NCBI RefSeq assembly: GCF_013149785.1 | Contig: NZ_JABEZU010000005.1 | Location: 62,001 to 126,000 of the forward strand | Length of the DNA stretch: 64,000 bases | Direction: 5' to 3' | DNA from: Isoptericola halotolerans | GTDB taxonomy: Bacteria > Actinomycetota > Actinomycetes > Actinomycetales > Cellulomonadaceae | In this document: one piece after another, positions 49,175-58,651 of the stretch | Numbering within the stretch: the stretch's first letter is position 1 | How the letters are laid out: each line of letters starts with the position of its first letter | The notes under the pieces: model-generated | The model's input: only the letters and a program-made list of their open reading frames with translations | What the model was told of the DNA's origin: nothing | Databases searched by the model: none | Program-made: the position numbers and the translations under genes

Positions 49175-51423
49175 CCGCCCGGCTGGCCGAGCCGCTCACC
49201 ACGACGCTCGGCAAGCGGGCCGCCGGCCCGCTGGCGAAGATGGGCCTGGAGACCGTCGACGACCTCCTGCGGCACTACCCGCGCCGGTACGGCGACCCGG
49301 GTCGGATGACCGACATGGACCGGCTGCAGCTCGGCGAGCACGTGACGGTGATGGCGCGCGTGGCCAGCGCCACGGTGCGTCCGATGCGCAGCCGGGGCGG
49401 GGCCCTGCTGCAGGCCACGGTCACCGACGGGCGCCATGAGCTCAGCCTGACCTTCTTCGCCAAGCGTGCCGGGGCGCTGCGCCCGCACGAGGACAAGCTC
49501 CGCCCCGGGCGGTCGGGGCTGTTCACCGGGGTGGTCTCGGACTACCGCGGCAGCCGCCAGCTCACCCACCCGGACTACGTGCTGGTGGGGGTGGATGCCG
49601 ACGACGACGAGGAGGCGATGGTCGAGGCCTCCCGGCCGATCCCGATCTACCCGGCCACGGCCTCGGTGCCGACCTGGCGCATCCAGCGGGCCGTGCGGAC
49701 GGTGCTCGACCCGCTGACCGAGGACGACGTCGTCGACCCCGTCCCGGACGAGGTCCGGGCCCGGCTCGGGCTGCCGACCCGGCTCGACGCCCTGCGCGCG
49801 GTGCACGTACCCGACTCCGCCGAGCACTGGCAGCGCGGCCGTCGCCGCCTGCGGTTCGAGGAGGCCTTCGTGCTGCAGGCCGCCCTCGCGCAGCGCCGGG
49901 CCCGGGCCGCGTCCGAGGAGGCCACGGCACGCCCGCCGCGCGCCGCCGGCACGGGTGGCCTCCTCGCCGACTTCGACGCCGCGCTGCCGTTCGCCCTCAC
50001 CGACGGGCAGCGCACCGTGGGCGACGAGCTGGCGGCCGAGCTCGCCCGGCCCCGCCCGATGCAACGCCTGCTGCAGGGAGAGGTCGGCTCCGGCAAGACC
50101 GTCGTCGCGCTGCGGGCGATGCTGCAGGTGGTCGACGCCGGCGGGCAGGCTGCGCTCCTGGCCCCCACGGAGGTGCTCGCCGCCCAGCACGCCCGCACCC
50201 TGCGCGCGCTGCTCGGCCCGCTGGCCGAGGGCGGGATGCTCGGTGGGGCCGCGCACGGCACCCGGGTGGCGCTGCTGACCGGGTCGCTCGGTGCGGCTGC
50301 CCGCAAGGAGGCGCTGCTGTCCGCGGCGAGCGGGGAGGCGGGGATCGTCGTCGGCACCCACGCCCTGCTGGGCGACAAGGTGCAGTTCGCGGATCTCGGC
50401 CTCGTGGTGGTCGACGAGCAGCACCGGTTCGGCGTCGAGCAGCGTGACGCCCTGCGGGACAAGGGGCGCGTGGCACCACACCTGCTGGTGATGACCGCGA
50501 CCCCCATCCCGCGGACGGTCGCGATGACGGTCTTCGGGGACCTGACCACCTCGACGCTCACCGAGATCCCCGCGGGACGCTCCGGGATCGCCTCCCACGT
50601 GGTGCCCGCCGCCAACCCTCGCTGGATGGAGCGCGTGTGGGAGAAGGTCCGCGAGGAGGTCGACGCCGGACGGCGCGCCTACGTCGTGTGCCCGCGGATC
50701 CACCCGGACGACGACGTGCCCGGCGGCGGCCCGAAGGCGCCGCCCGAGCTCGAGGAGATGCCGGACCTCCTCGACCTCACCGACGGTGAGCCTGCCTCCG
50801 ACCGGGCGCCGTTGCGCGCGGTGCTCGAGGTCGCCGACATGCTGCGCGGCACGCCGCGGCTCGACGGCGTGGAGATCGGGGTGCTGCACGGCCAGATGCC
50901 CCCCGGTGAGAAGGACGCTGCGATGTCCCGGTTCGCCTCCGGCGAGGCGCCGGTGCTGGTGTCCACGACGGTCGTCGAGGTGGGGGTCGACGTCCCCGAG
51001 GCCACGGTCATGGTCGTGCTCGACGCCGACCGGTTCGGGATCTCCCAGCTCCACCAGCTGCGCGGGCGGATCGGGCGCGGGGCGGATCCCGGGCTGTGCC
51101 TGCTGGTGTCCACCGCGCAGCCGGGCACACCGGCCGCGGCCCGGGTCGAGGCGCTGGCCGCGACGACCGACGGTTTCGAGCTGGCCACCCTCGACCTGGA
51201 GCTGCGTTCGGAGGGGGACGTGCTCGGCGCGGCGCAGTCCGGCCGGTCGAGCTCGCTGCGGCTGCTGCGCGTGGTCAAGGACGCCGACCTCATCGCGCAG
51301 GCCCGCGCCGAGGCCGCCGGCGTCGTCGAGGCCGATCCCGGGCTGGACGGACACCCGGTGCTGGCGCGCGCCATCGCGGCGCAGCTCGACGCGGAGCAGG
51401 AGGAGTACCTCGAGCGGGCATGA
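49171..51423 (+). CDS. recG: ATP-dependent DNA helicase RecG
   Basis: RLLQGEVGSGKT, APTEVLA.QH, DEQHRFGVEQR, MTATPIPRT, QLHQLRGRIGRG. Confidence 0.97.
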   Translation: MTARLAEPLTTTLGKRAAGPLAKMGLETVDDLLRHYPRRYGDPGRMTDMDRLQLGEHVTVMARVASATVRPMRSRGGALLQATVTDGRHELSLTFFAKRAGALRPHEDKLRPGRSGLFTGVVSDYRGSRQLTHPDYVLVGVDADDDEEAMVEASRPIPIYPATASVPTWRIQRAVRTVLDPLTEDDVVDPVPDEVRARLGLPTRLDALRAVHVPDSAEHWQRGRRRLRFEEAFVLQAALAQRRARAASEEATARPPRAAGTGGLLADFDAALPFALTDGQRTVGDELAAELARPRPMQRLLQGEVGSGKTVVALRAMLQVVDAGGQAALLAPTEVLAAQHARTLRALLGPLAEGGMLGGAAHGTRVALLTGSLGAAARKEALLSAASGEAGIVVGTHALLGDKVQFADLGLVVVDEQHRFGVEQRDALRDKGRVAPHLLVMTATPIPRTVAMTVFGDLTTSTLTEIPAGRSGIASHVVPAANPRWMERVWEKVREEVDAGRRAYVVCPRIHPDDDVPGGGPKAPPELEEMPDLLDLTDGEPASDRAPLRAVLEVADMLRGTPRLDGVEIGVLHGQMPPGEKDAAMSRFASGEAPVLVSTTVVEVGVDVPEATVMVVLDADRFGISQLHQLRGRIGRGADPGLCLLVSTAQPGTPAAARVEALAATTDGFELATLDLELRSEGDVLGAAQSGRSSSLRLLRVVKDADLIAQARAEAAGVVEADPGLDGHPVLARAIAAQLDAEQEEYLERA

Positions 51424-51468
51424 GCGTGGCGCCGTGCCAGGGTCGCCGCGGCTGGCTACGGTCGGCGC

Positions 51469-52491
51469 GTGAACACCGTGGCGGCCCGTGTGACCAGGGC
51501 AGGCCGTCCGCGCCCGCCGCGTGGCGCGCCGAAGCCGACCGGGGACGCGCCCCGGGGGACGACGGGAGCGTCGAGGTCGACCGGCCTGGTGGTGCTCGCC
51601 CTGGCCCTGGCTGTCCTGCTCGTCCTGCACGACCTGCTGCCGGCCGTGGGCGGGTTGCGAAGCCTCGTGGCGACCGCGCTGCCGTGGTGCGGCCTGGTGC
51701 TGGCAGGACTCGGCCTGCTGGCCGTGCTCCGGCGGACGGCGCTGGGGGGTCTGGCCGTGCTCTTCGCCACGGGGGTGTGGCTGTGGGTCTGCCTGCCCTT
51801 CCTCGCCCCGGCGGCGAGCGGCGGGGGCGACCTGGTCGTGGTGCTGCACAACGTCGCCGACACCAACACCGACCCAGCGTGGACGGCGAGGGTCCTGCTC
51901 GGCCCGGAGCCCGACGTCGTCACCCTGGTCGAGGTGACCCCGGAGCTCGCCGACGAGTTCGAGAGGTCGTTCGCGCAGGCTCTGCCCCACTCGGCGCTGC
52001 AGGGCACCGTCGGGGTGTGGTCGCGGCACCCCATCACCGACGCCGATCCGGTCGACCTGCGCCCACCGGGGGTGGACACCTCGTGGGACCGCGGGCTGCG
52101 CGTCGTCCTCGACACCCCCGGCGCACCCGGGCTGGCGGTGTACGCCGTGCACCTGCCCTCGGTCCGGCTGGGCGCCCAGGGGCTCACGTCGGGACCCCGC
52201 GACGACTCTCTGCGGATGCTCGGTGACGTGCTGGCCGCGGACGGCGCCCGGGCCGTCGTGGTCGGCGGCGACTTCAACACGGTGCTGGCCGACGGGGCCT
52301 TCGACCCGGTGCTGGCCCAGGTGGAGACGCCACCGGGCTCGCTCGGGTTCACGTTCCCCGCCCGGCTGCCGGCCGTCCGGATCGACCACGTCCTCGCCCG
52401 GGGCGCGGAGGTCACCGGGATCTCCACCCTGGGCCGGACCGCCAGCGACCACCTGCCCGTGGTCGCCGACGTCGTGCTGCCGCCCGGCTGA
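51469..52491 (+). CDS. Membrane-anchored endonuclease/exonuclease/phosphatase family protein
   Basis: Three N-terminal TM segments; GGDFN, RIDHVL, SDHLPV. Confidence 0.88.
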   Translation: MNTVAARVTRAGRPRPPRGAPKPTGDAPRGTTGASRSTGLVVLALALAVLLVLHDLLPAVGGLRSLVATALPWCGLVLAGLGLLAVLRRTALGGLAVLFATGVWLWVCLPFLAPAASGGGDLVVVLHNVADTNTDPAWTARVLLGPEPDVVTLVEVTPELADEFERSFAQALPHSALQGTVGVWSRHPITDADPVDLRPPGVDTSWDRGLRVVLDTPGAPGLAVYAVHLPSVRLGAQGLTSGPRDDSLRMLGDVLAADGARAVVVGGDFNTVLADGAFDPVLAQVETPPGSLGFTFPARLPAVRIDHVLARGAEVTGISTLGRTASDHLPVVADVVLPPG

Positions 52492-52515
52492 GCGACGGCG
52501 GCTACGCTCGGCGGC

Positions 52516-53136
52516 ATGACCAGGATCGTCGCCGGGACCGTCGGCGGGCGCACCCTCGTGGTGCCGCCGTCGGGCACCCGCCCCACCAGCGAACGTGTCC
52601 GCGAAGCCCTCTTCTCGAGGCTGGAGCACGACGGCGTCGTCGACGGCGGCCGGGTGCTCGACCTGTTCGCCGGGTCCGGCGCGCTCGGCATCGAGGCGGC
52701 CAGCCGCGGCGCGGCGTCCGTGACGCTCGTGGAGTCCGCGCGCAAGGCGGCCGAGATCGCCCGCCGCAACGTGTCGGTGCTGGGGCTCGACGGCACGGTG
52801 CGCGTGCTCGCCGAGCCGGCGCAGCGCGTCTCCGCCCGCCTCGCGGCGGACGGGGGGACCGGCCGTGGCGCGTTCGACCTCGTGCTCCTCGACCCGCCGT
52901 ACGACCTGGAGGACGCCGTGCTGGACGGCATCCTCGCCGATCTGGCGGCGCCGGGCGTCCTCGCTCCGGCTGCCGTCGTCGTCGTCGAGCGGGCCCGGCG
53001 CAGCGGGGCGCCGACCTGGCCGGACGGCCTCGTGCCCGTGACCACGAAGCGCTACGGCGACACCGCCGTGCACTATGCCGAACGGTCCGAGGGCGCCGAC
53101 AGCGCCGACAGCACGGGGAGTCCTGCCCGGGCCTGA
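52516..53136 (+). CDS. rsmD: 16S rRNA (guanine(966)-N2)-methyltransferase
   Basis: RPT.ERVREALF, LDLFAGSGALG.EA.SRGA, DPPY, YGDT. Confidence 0.95.
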   Translation: MTRIVAGTVGGRTLVVPPSGTRPTSERVREALFSRLEHDGVVDGGRVLDLFAGSGALGIEAASRGAASVTLVESARKAAEIARRNVSVLGLDGTVRVLAEPAQRVSARLAADGGTGRGAFDLVLLDPPYDLEDAVLDGILADLAAPGVLAPAAVVVVERARRSGAPTWPDGLVPVTTKRYGDTAVHYAERSEGADSADSTGSPARA

Positions 53137-53215
53137 CCGTGCCGGACTGCTCGACGTGGCGACCACTCCGGGGAGCCTCGACCGGAACGTGCGCCGGACG
53201 GGTTAGCGTCGGGGC

Positions 53216-53707
53216 GTGAGCATCGCTGTCTGTCCCGGGTCCTTCGACCCGATCACCCTCGGGCACCTCGACATCGTGCGGCGCGCCGCACGACTGTTCG
53301 ACGTCGTCGTGGTCGGTGTCGCCCGCAACGCCTCCAAGTCGGCCCTGCTGACACCTCAAGAGCGGGTCGACCTCGTCCGCGCCGCTCTCGCCGAGGACCC
53401 GGAGCTGGAAGCGGTCCGGGTCGAGGAGGTCACCGGTCTGCTGGTCGACTTCTGCCGCCAGACCGGTGCCACCGCCGTCGTCAAGGGGTTGCGCGGCGGG
53501 GCGGACTTCGATGCCGAGCACCCGATGGCCCTGATGAACAGGCACCTGAGCGGTGTCGAGACCATCTACCTGCCCGCCGAGCAGCGTTACGCCCACGTGG
53601 CGTCGTCGCTGGTCAAGGACATCGCCCGCCACGGCGGGCCGATCGACGACCTCGTGCCGCGCGGTGCGGCCGAGGCGGTGCGCGCCGCCGTCGCGCACCG
53701 TGCGTGA
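53216..53707 (+). CDS. coaD: Pantetheine-phosphate adenylyltransferase
   Basis: CPGSFDPIT.GHLDI, VKGLR, SSLVK. Confidence 0.97.
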   Translation: MSIAVCPGSFDPITLGHLDIVRRAARLFDVVVVGVARNASKSALLTPQERVDLVRAALAEDPELEAVRVEEVTGLLVDFCRQTGATAVVKGLRGGADFDAEHPMALMNRHLSGVETIYLPAEQRYAHVASSLVKDIARHGGPIDDLVPRGAAEAVRAAVAHRA

Positions 53708-53717
53708 GGAGCGCCAC

Positions 53718-54281
53718 ATGCCTGAGACCGAGACCCACAACCCCACCGCCGGGCTCCTGGAGATCATCGACGACCTCGCCGGGCTCATCGAGAACGCGCG
53801 GACGTCCCCGCTGTCGACCAACGTGAAGGTCGACCGTGACCAGGCGCTCGGCCTGGTGGAGGAGCTCCGCGACTCGTTGCCGACGCAGGTCGCGCGGGCG
53901 GACGACGTCCTGGCCGAGGCGGAGCGTGCCCTCGAGCACGCCCACCGCCAGGCCGAGGACGTGCTCGCGACGGCGCGTGCGCGGGCCATCGAGCTCGTGC
54001 AGGCCGAGCAGGTGGTCGTGCAGGCGGAGTCGCGAGCCGCCGAGATCCTCGCCGAGGCCGAGCGGCAGGCAGAGCAGCTGCGTACCGATGCCGACGAGTA
54101 CTGCGACGGTCGGCTGGCGGACTTCGAGGCCGATCTCGGCAAGCTGGGCGCCCAGGTGCAGGCCGGGCGTGCGAAGCTCGCCGAGCGTCTGGCGAACGGC
54201 GCGCCCCGGGTCCGGTGGGACGCCGTCAGCGACCCGGACTGGCCGCAGGGTGGCGCACGCGGCGCCGAGCGGAGCGCCTGA
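53718..54281 (+). CDS. Coiled-coil DivIVA-like (SepIVA-like) protein
   Basis: Heptad repeats, A...P.S....VDR, D.Y.D.RL..FE; conserved position between coaD and yceD. Confidence 0.8.
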   Translation: MPETETHNPTAGLLEIIDDLAGLIENARTSPLSTNVKVDRDQALGLVEELRDSLPTQVARADDVLAEAERALEHAHRQAEDVLATARARAIELVQAEQVVVQAESRAAEILAEAERQAEQLRTDADEYCDGRLADFEADLGKLGAQVQAGRAKLAERLANGAPRVRWDAVSDPDWPQGGARGAERSA

Positions 54282-54480
54282 GCGACGCCACGCGGCTCGC
54301 AGGGTCGGCACGTTGCGCAGGTCACGCCGTCGTCCCGTTGGCCGGGGCTGCTCGATCGCGTAGACTGGGTCGCTGACCCGCAGGGACCATCGAACCTGCG
54401 GACGCCTCATCGACACGTCGTCGACATCCCCTCGACCATCGCTGCACCTCACCGGTGCGCCCACCTCTCGGGAGACACAC

Positions 54481-55059
54481 ATCACGACCGACAAGCGTTC
54501 GCCGCTCGTGCTCGACACGCACGAGCTCTCGCGGCGTCCCGGCACCATGCGGGAGGTCGCGCGCGTCGTCGCCGCACCTGCCGACCTGGGCACGGCGGTC
54601 ATCGGTGTGCCCGAGGGTGCCGACCTGACGCTCGGGCTGCGGCTCGAGTCCGTGATGGAGGGCGTGCTCGTCTCCGGCGTGGTGCGGGGCACCGCCGTGG
54701 GAGAGTGTGTGCGCTGCCTCGACGAGATCCGCGACGAGGTGACGGTGCGCGTCCAGGAGCTGTTCGTGTACCCGGAGCGGGCCCAGGCGGCCGACGAGTC
54801 CGGTGACGACGAGGCCGAGGACGAGCCCGAGCTGACCGACGACCTGGCGGACCTCGAGCCCGTGGTTCGGGATTCGCTCGTGACTGCACTACCATTTCAA
54901 CCGCTGTGCCGGCAGGACTGCCCCGGCCTGTGCTCCGAGTGCGGAGCGCGGCTGGCGGACGACCCCGAGCACCATCATGACGTCGTCGACCCTCGCTGGG
55001 CGGCGCTGCAGACCATGCTCGAGGAGTCGAGCGTGTCCGACGAGACGAAAGAGAGCTGA
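54481..55059 (+). CDS. yceD: YceD/DUF177 protein (start possibly ATC 54481; first canonical GTG at 54508)
   Basis: RRPG.M, LESV.EGVLV.G, C.RCL, LP..PLC..DC.GLC..CG, DPRWAAL. Confidence 0.9.
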   Translation: MTTDKRSPLVLDTHELSRRPGTMREVARVVAAPADLGTAVIGVPEGADLTLGLRLESVMEGVLVSGVVRGTAVGECVRCLDEIRDEVTVRVQELFVYPERAQAADESGDDEAEDEPELTDDLADLEPVVRDSLVTALPFQPLCRQDCPGLCSECGARLADDPEHHHDVVDPRWAALQTMLEESSVSDETKES

Positions 55060-55061
55060 CC

Positions 55062-55256
55062 GTGGCTGTTCCGAAGCGCAAGATGTCGCGCAGCAACACC
55101 CGTGCGCGTCGTTCGCAGTGGAAGACCACCGCGGCGACCCTCACCACGTGCCCGAGCTGCAAGGGGCAGAAGCTGTCCCACACTGCGTGCCCGACCTGTG
55201 GCGCGTACAAGGGTCGTCAGTACGCGGAGGCGCTGCGTACCGAGCACGCCGGCTGA
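55062..55256 (+). CDS. rpmF: 50S ribosomal protein L32
   Basis: MAVPKRKMSRSNTR.RRSQWK, CxxC...H..CxxCG.Y. Confidence 0.97.
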   Translation: MAVPKRKMSRSNTRARRSQWKTTAATLTTCPSCKGQKLSHTACPTCGAYKGRQYAEALRTEHAG

Positions 55257-55257
55257 G

Positions 55258-56001
55258 ATGCCTGCTACCGGCCCCACATCTTCTTCCGGGAGTCCGGAGC
55301 CGCGTGAGCTTCTCGAGAAGCTCGGGGTCCATCTGGATCCCGAGCTTCTCGTGCTTGCCCTGACCCATCGTTCGTTCGCGCACGAGGCCGGTGGCATCCC
55401 CACGAACGAGCGGCTCGAGTTCCTCGGCGACACCGTCCTGGGTCTCGTCGTCACCGAGGCGCTGTACCGCCGCCATCCGGACAAGTCCGAGGGTGAGCTG
55501 GCGAAGATGCGCGCCGCCACGGTCTCGCAGCGCTCGCTCGCCGCCGTCGCCCGCCACCTGGAGCTGGGCCGCTACATCCTGCTCGGCAAGGGTGAGATGC
55601 GCACGCGCGGGTTCGACAAGGACTCGATCCTGTCGGACACCGTCGAGGCCCTGCTGGGTGCGACCTACCTCTCGCACGGTCTGGAGGTCGCTCGCGACCT
55701 GGTGCACCGCCTGGTCGACGAGACGCTGGACCACGCTGCCGACCTCGGCGCCGGGCTCGACTGGAAGACCTCCCTGCAGGAGGCGGCGGCCGGGCGAGGC
55801 TTCGACGTGCCCGTCTACTCCGTGACCGGCGAGGGGCCCGAGCACGCCCGACGGTTCGAGGCGCAGGTCGTCGCCGGTCCCGTCATGGGCATCGGTCGCG
55901 GCACCGCCAAGAAGCACGCGGAGCAGGCTGCCGCCGAGGAGGCCTACCGGGCGATCATGGCGCTGCCGGCCGACGGCGCGGAGCAGCCCGCCGGTGCCTG
56001 A
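55258..56001 (+). CDS. rnc: Ribonuclease III
   Basis: [28 protein letters not shown]...F dsRBD. Confidence 0.97.
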   Translation: MPATGPTSSSGSPEPRELLEKLGVHLDPELLVLALTHRSFAHEAGGIPTNERLEFLGDTVLGLVVTEALYRRHPDKSEGELAKMRAATVSQRSLAAVARHLELGRYILLGKGEMRTRGFDKDSILSDTVEALLGATYLSHGLEVARDLVHRLVDETLDHAADLGAGLDWKTSLQEAAAGRGFDVPVYSVTGEGPEHARRFEAQVVAGPVMGIGRGTAKKHAEQAAAEEAYRAIMALPADGAEQPAGA

Positions 56002-56908
56002 GCTCCCCGAGGTCGAGACCGTCCGCGACGGGCTCGACCGCCTGGTCCTGGGCGCCCGGGTCACGGGCGCCGAGGTCTTTCGCGACTACTCGGTGCGGCG
56101 GCACGACGGCGGGCCCCTGAGCTTTGCGGACCAGCTCCGCGGGCAGCGCCTGGTGGGGGCGGCCCGCCGCGGCAAGTACCTGTGGCTGGCGCTGGAGGGC
56201 CCCGGGGGCCGGGTGTCCGCGGCGATGCTGGCCCACCTGGGGATGTCCGGCCAGCTCCTGGTCCGTGACCCCGCGGTCGCGGGGGAGTGGGCGCACCCCC
56301 ACCTGAGGGTTCGGCTGCACCTGGAGTCGGCGCCGTCCGGGGCCCGCTATCTGGACTTCGTCGACCAGCGCACCTTCGGCCACCTGGCGGTGGCGGACCT
56401 GGCGCCGACGCCGGACGGCGCACCGGGAGGGTTCGGCTCACCGCTGGCGGCGCTCCCCGAACCTGTCGTCCACGTGGCGCGCGACCTGCTCGACCCCGCG
56501 CTCGACCGCGATGCGCTGGTCGACCGGGTGCGCCGTCGTCGGACCGGGATCAAGCGAGCCCTGCTGGACCAGACGACCGTCTCCGGCGTCGGCAACATCT
56601 ATGCGGACGAGGCGTTGTGGCGGGCACGGGTGCACTTCGCCCGGGCGACGGACACGATGACCCGCCCGGTCGTGCGCCGGGTGCTCGACGCCGCCACCGA
56701 GGTCATGACCGAGGCGCTGGGGCAGGGCGGGACGAGCTTCGATGCGCTCTACGTCAACGTCAACGGGGAGTCCGGGTACTTCTCCCGGTCGTTGGCGGTC
56801 TACGGACAGGCGGGGGAGCCGTGCCCGCGCTGTGGCGGCCTGATCCGCCGAGAGTCGTTCATGAACCGCTCCTCGCACTTCTGCCCTCGGTGCCAGCGCA
56901 GACGCTAG
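55994..56908 (+). CDS. mutM: Formamidopyrimidine-DNA glycosylase
   Basis: [30 protein letters not shown]-terminal CxxC...CxxC zinc finger. Confidence 0.97.
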   Translation: MPELPEVETVRDGLDRLVLGARVTGAEVFRDYSVRRHDGGPLSFADQLRGQRLVGAARRGKYLWLALEGPGGRVSAAMLAHLGMSGQLLVRDPAVAGEWAHPHLRVRLHLESAPSGARYLDFVDQRTFGHLAVADLAPTPDGAPGGFGSPLAALPEPVVHVARDLLDPALDRDALVDRVRRRRTGIKRALLDQTTVSGVGNIYADEALWRARVHFARATDTMTRPVVRRVLDAATEVMTEALGQGGTSFDALYVNVNGESGYFSRSLAVYGQAGEPCPRCGGLIRRESFMNRSSHFCPRCQRRR

Positions 56909-56935
56909 CGTCGGCAGGGAGGGAGGGGTGAACCG

Positions 56936-57727
56936 ATGTCCTTCGACGGCATGACCGTGGGAACCGTCGCCGATCTCGTCCGCGTGAGTGTCCGCACACT
57001 GCACCACTGGGACGAGATCGGGCTGGCCGTGCCCTCGGGGCGGACCTCCGCCGGCTACCGGAGCTACTCGCCGGACGATCTCGGGCGGGTCCACCGGGTG
57101 CTCGTCTACCGAGAGCTCGGTCTCTCGTTGGCATCGATCGCCGAGATCCTCGACGGCTCGGACACCGACGGGGTCGAGCAGCTCCGCGACCAGCAGCGCA
57201 TGCTCGGGGAGCGGATCGCGCAGATGCAGCAGATGGCGTCCGCGGTCGACGCGCTCCTGGCGCGCAAGGAGTCGGGTGAGAGCCTCACGGCGCAGGAGCA
57301 GACGGAGATCTTCGGGCGGACGTGGCGCCAGGAGTGGTCGGTCGAGGCGCACGAACGGTGGGGCGGCACCGAGCAGTGGCGCCAGTTCGAGGAGAACGTG
57401 GCTGCTCTGTCCCCCGAGGAACGGACCGTGCTCCACGAGAGCGGTGCGGCCCTGTTCGCGGAGATGGCCGACGCGAGGAGAGCAGGTGTCGAGCCGTCCG
57501 GGGCTGCGGGGATCGCGTTCGCCGAGCGGCACCGGGCGTTGATGGGGTCGATGTGGGAGTGCTCGCCGTCGATGCACGTCCTCCTGGGGCGCATGTTCGT
57601 CGAGGATCCTCGGTTCCGCGCCAACCTCGACGAGACGGAGCCCGCGTTGAGCGAGTGGCTCCGCGACGCGATCTTCGCCGCCGCGCGGTCTCATGGCGTC
57701 GATCCGGTCACTGCGCGCTGGGAGTGA
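56936..57727 (+). CDS. MerR-family regulator with TipAS antibiotic-recognition domain (TipA-like)
   Basis: VSVRTLHHWDEIGL..PS.R..AGYR.Y, YRELG..L..I HTH; E..ERWG.T..W, HR, MH..LG.M.V.D.RF....D...P.L..W.RDAI. Confidence 0.9.
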   Translation: MSFDGMTVGTVADLVRVSVRTLHHWDEIGLAVPSGRTSAGYRSYSPDDLGRVHRVLVYRELGLSLASIAEILDGSDTDGVEQLRDQQRMLGERIAQMQQMASAVDALLARKESGESLTAQEQTEIFGRTWRQEWSVEAHERWGGTEQWRQFEENVAALSPEERTVLHESGAALFAEMADARRAGVEPSGAAGIAFAERHRALMGSMWECSPSMHVLLGRMFVEDPRFRANLDETEPALSEWLRDAIFAAARSHGVDPVTARWE

Positions 57728-57752
57728 GAGTCCGGCGCTCTGACCTGGGGAT

Positions 57753-57783
57753 TTGACCCTGACGCGACGTGAGGCCCGACCGT
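57753..57783 (+). promoter_or_regulatory. MerR/TipA-type promoter with a 19-bp spacer and dyad operator
   Basis: TTGACC-[CTGACGCGACGTGAGGCCC]-GACCGT; dyad CCTGACG-cga-CGTGAGG; ATG 6 nt after the -10 (leaderless). Confidence 0.8.
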
Positions 57784-57789
57784 GTGGTC

Positions 57790-58623
57790 ATGGCGTCCAC
57801 CGAGCCCATCCTGATCCCTCCTCCTGCCGTCAGCGGACCCGCCCCGTTCATCGACACCGACCGGCATCCCGCGGTCCGACGCGTCGCGGACGTCCTGCGT
57901 TCCCGCGCACCCGTCCCCCGCACGATCGTCATCGACGACGCCGAGTGCATCGAGCAGGCCGTCGCAGCCGGCGTCAGGATCGAGGCGATCTACGCGACGC
58001 CCGACCGTGCGGCACGGGCGGAAGGTCTCCACGCGGGGGTGCCCCGGGCCGACCGGTTCACGGTCGGCGAGGATGTCCTGCGTCCGCTCTTGTCACGCGA
58101 CAAGGCCTCGCGTCTGCTGGCTCTCGCGCGGGCGCCGAGACCCTCCTCCTGGGGTGAGGTCGCCGCTGCTCGTGGCGACGTGCTGGTGCTCGACGGGGTC
58201 CGGATCACGGGGAACGTCGGGGCGATCGTCCGCAGTGCGTGCGCCTTCGGCGCGGCCGCTGTGGTGCTGATCGACAGCGGGCTGCGCAGTGCCTACGACC
58301 GTCGCGTGATCCGCGCTAGCCGTGGCCTGGTGTTCGCGATGCCGGTGCTGTTGGCCGACCAGGGTGAGCTCGTGGAGTTCCTGCGGTCGGCAGACGTGCT
58401 GCTCGCGAGCCTGGCCGCGGACGCCGAGGAGCCTCTGGAAGGCATCGGGCGGCACCCCGACCGGATGGCGATCCTCCTGGGGTCGGAGCGGCGTGGCTCC
58501 TCCAGCTCGCTCGAGGCGCTCGCAGACCGCCGTTACGCGGTCTCGATGGCGCCCGGTATGGACTCGTTGAACGTGTCGGTCGCCGCGGCGCTCGCCTTGT
58601 ATGAGCGCCGCCGGAAGCCCTGA
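57790..58623 (+). CDS. tsnR: TsnR/NshR-family 23S rRNA (A1067 2'-O) SPOUT methyltransferase, thiopeptide resistance-like
   Basis: SPOUT motifs DGVRITGNVGAIVR, LGSERRG, SLNVSV; recalled TsnR-like segments PAV.R..DV, AR.PRP...G..A..RGDV.VLDGV, DRR..RASRG.VF..PV, PDR.A.L.GSE. Confidence 0.8.
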   Translation: MASTEPILIPPPAVSGPAPFIDTDRHPAVRRVADVLRSRAPVPRTIVIDDAECIEQAVAAGVRIEAIYATPDRAARAEGLHAGVPRADRFTVGEDVLRPLLSRDKASRLLALARAPRPSSWGEVAAARGDVLVLDGVRITGNVGAIVRSACAFGAAAVVLIDSGLRSAYDRRVIRASRGLVFAMPVLLADQGELVEFLRSADVLLASLAADAEEPLEGIGRHPDRMAILLGSERRGSSSSLEALADRRYAVSMAPGMDSLNVSVAAALALYERRRKP

Positions 58624-58651
58624 CGAGCCCGGTGCGTGACCTGGTCGTCCG

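Noticed and set aside
49093..53166. Very long antisense ORFs (1357 aa here; also 896-3460, 25148-27817, 41798-43933)
   Set aside because: They are shadows of real genes in high-GC DNA, with Arg/Gly/Pro-rich translations and no motifs.
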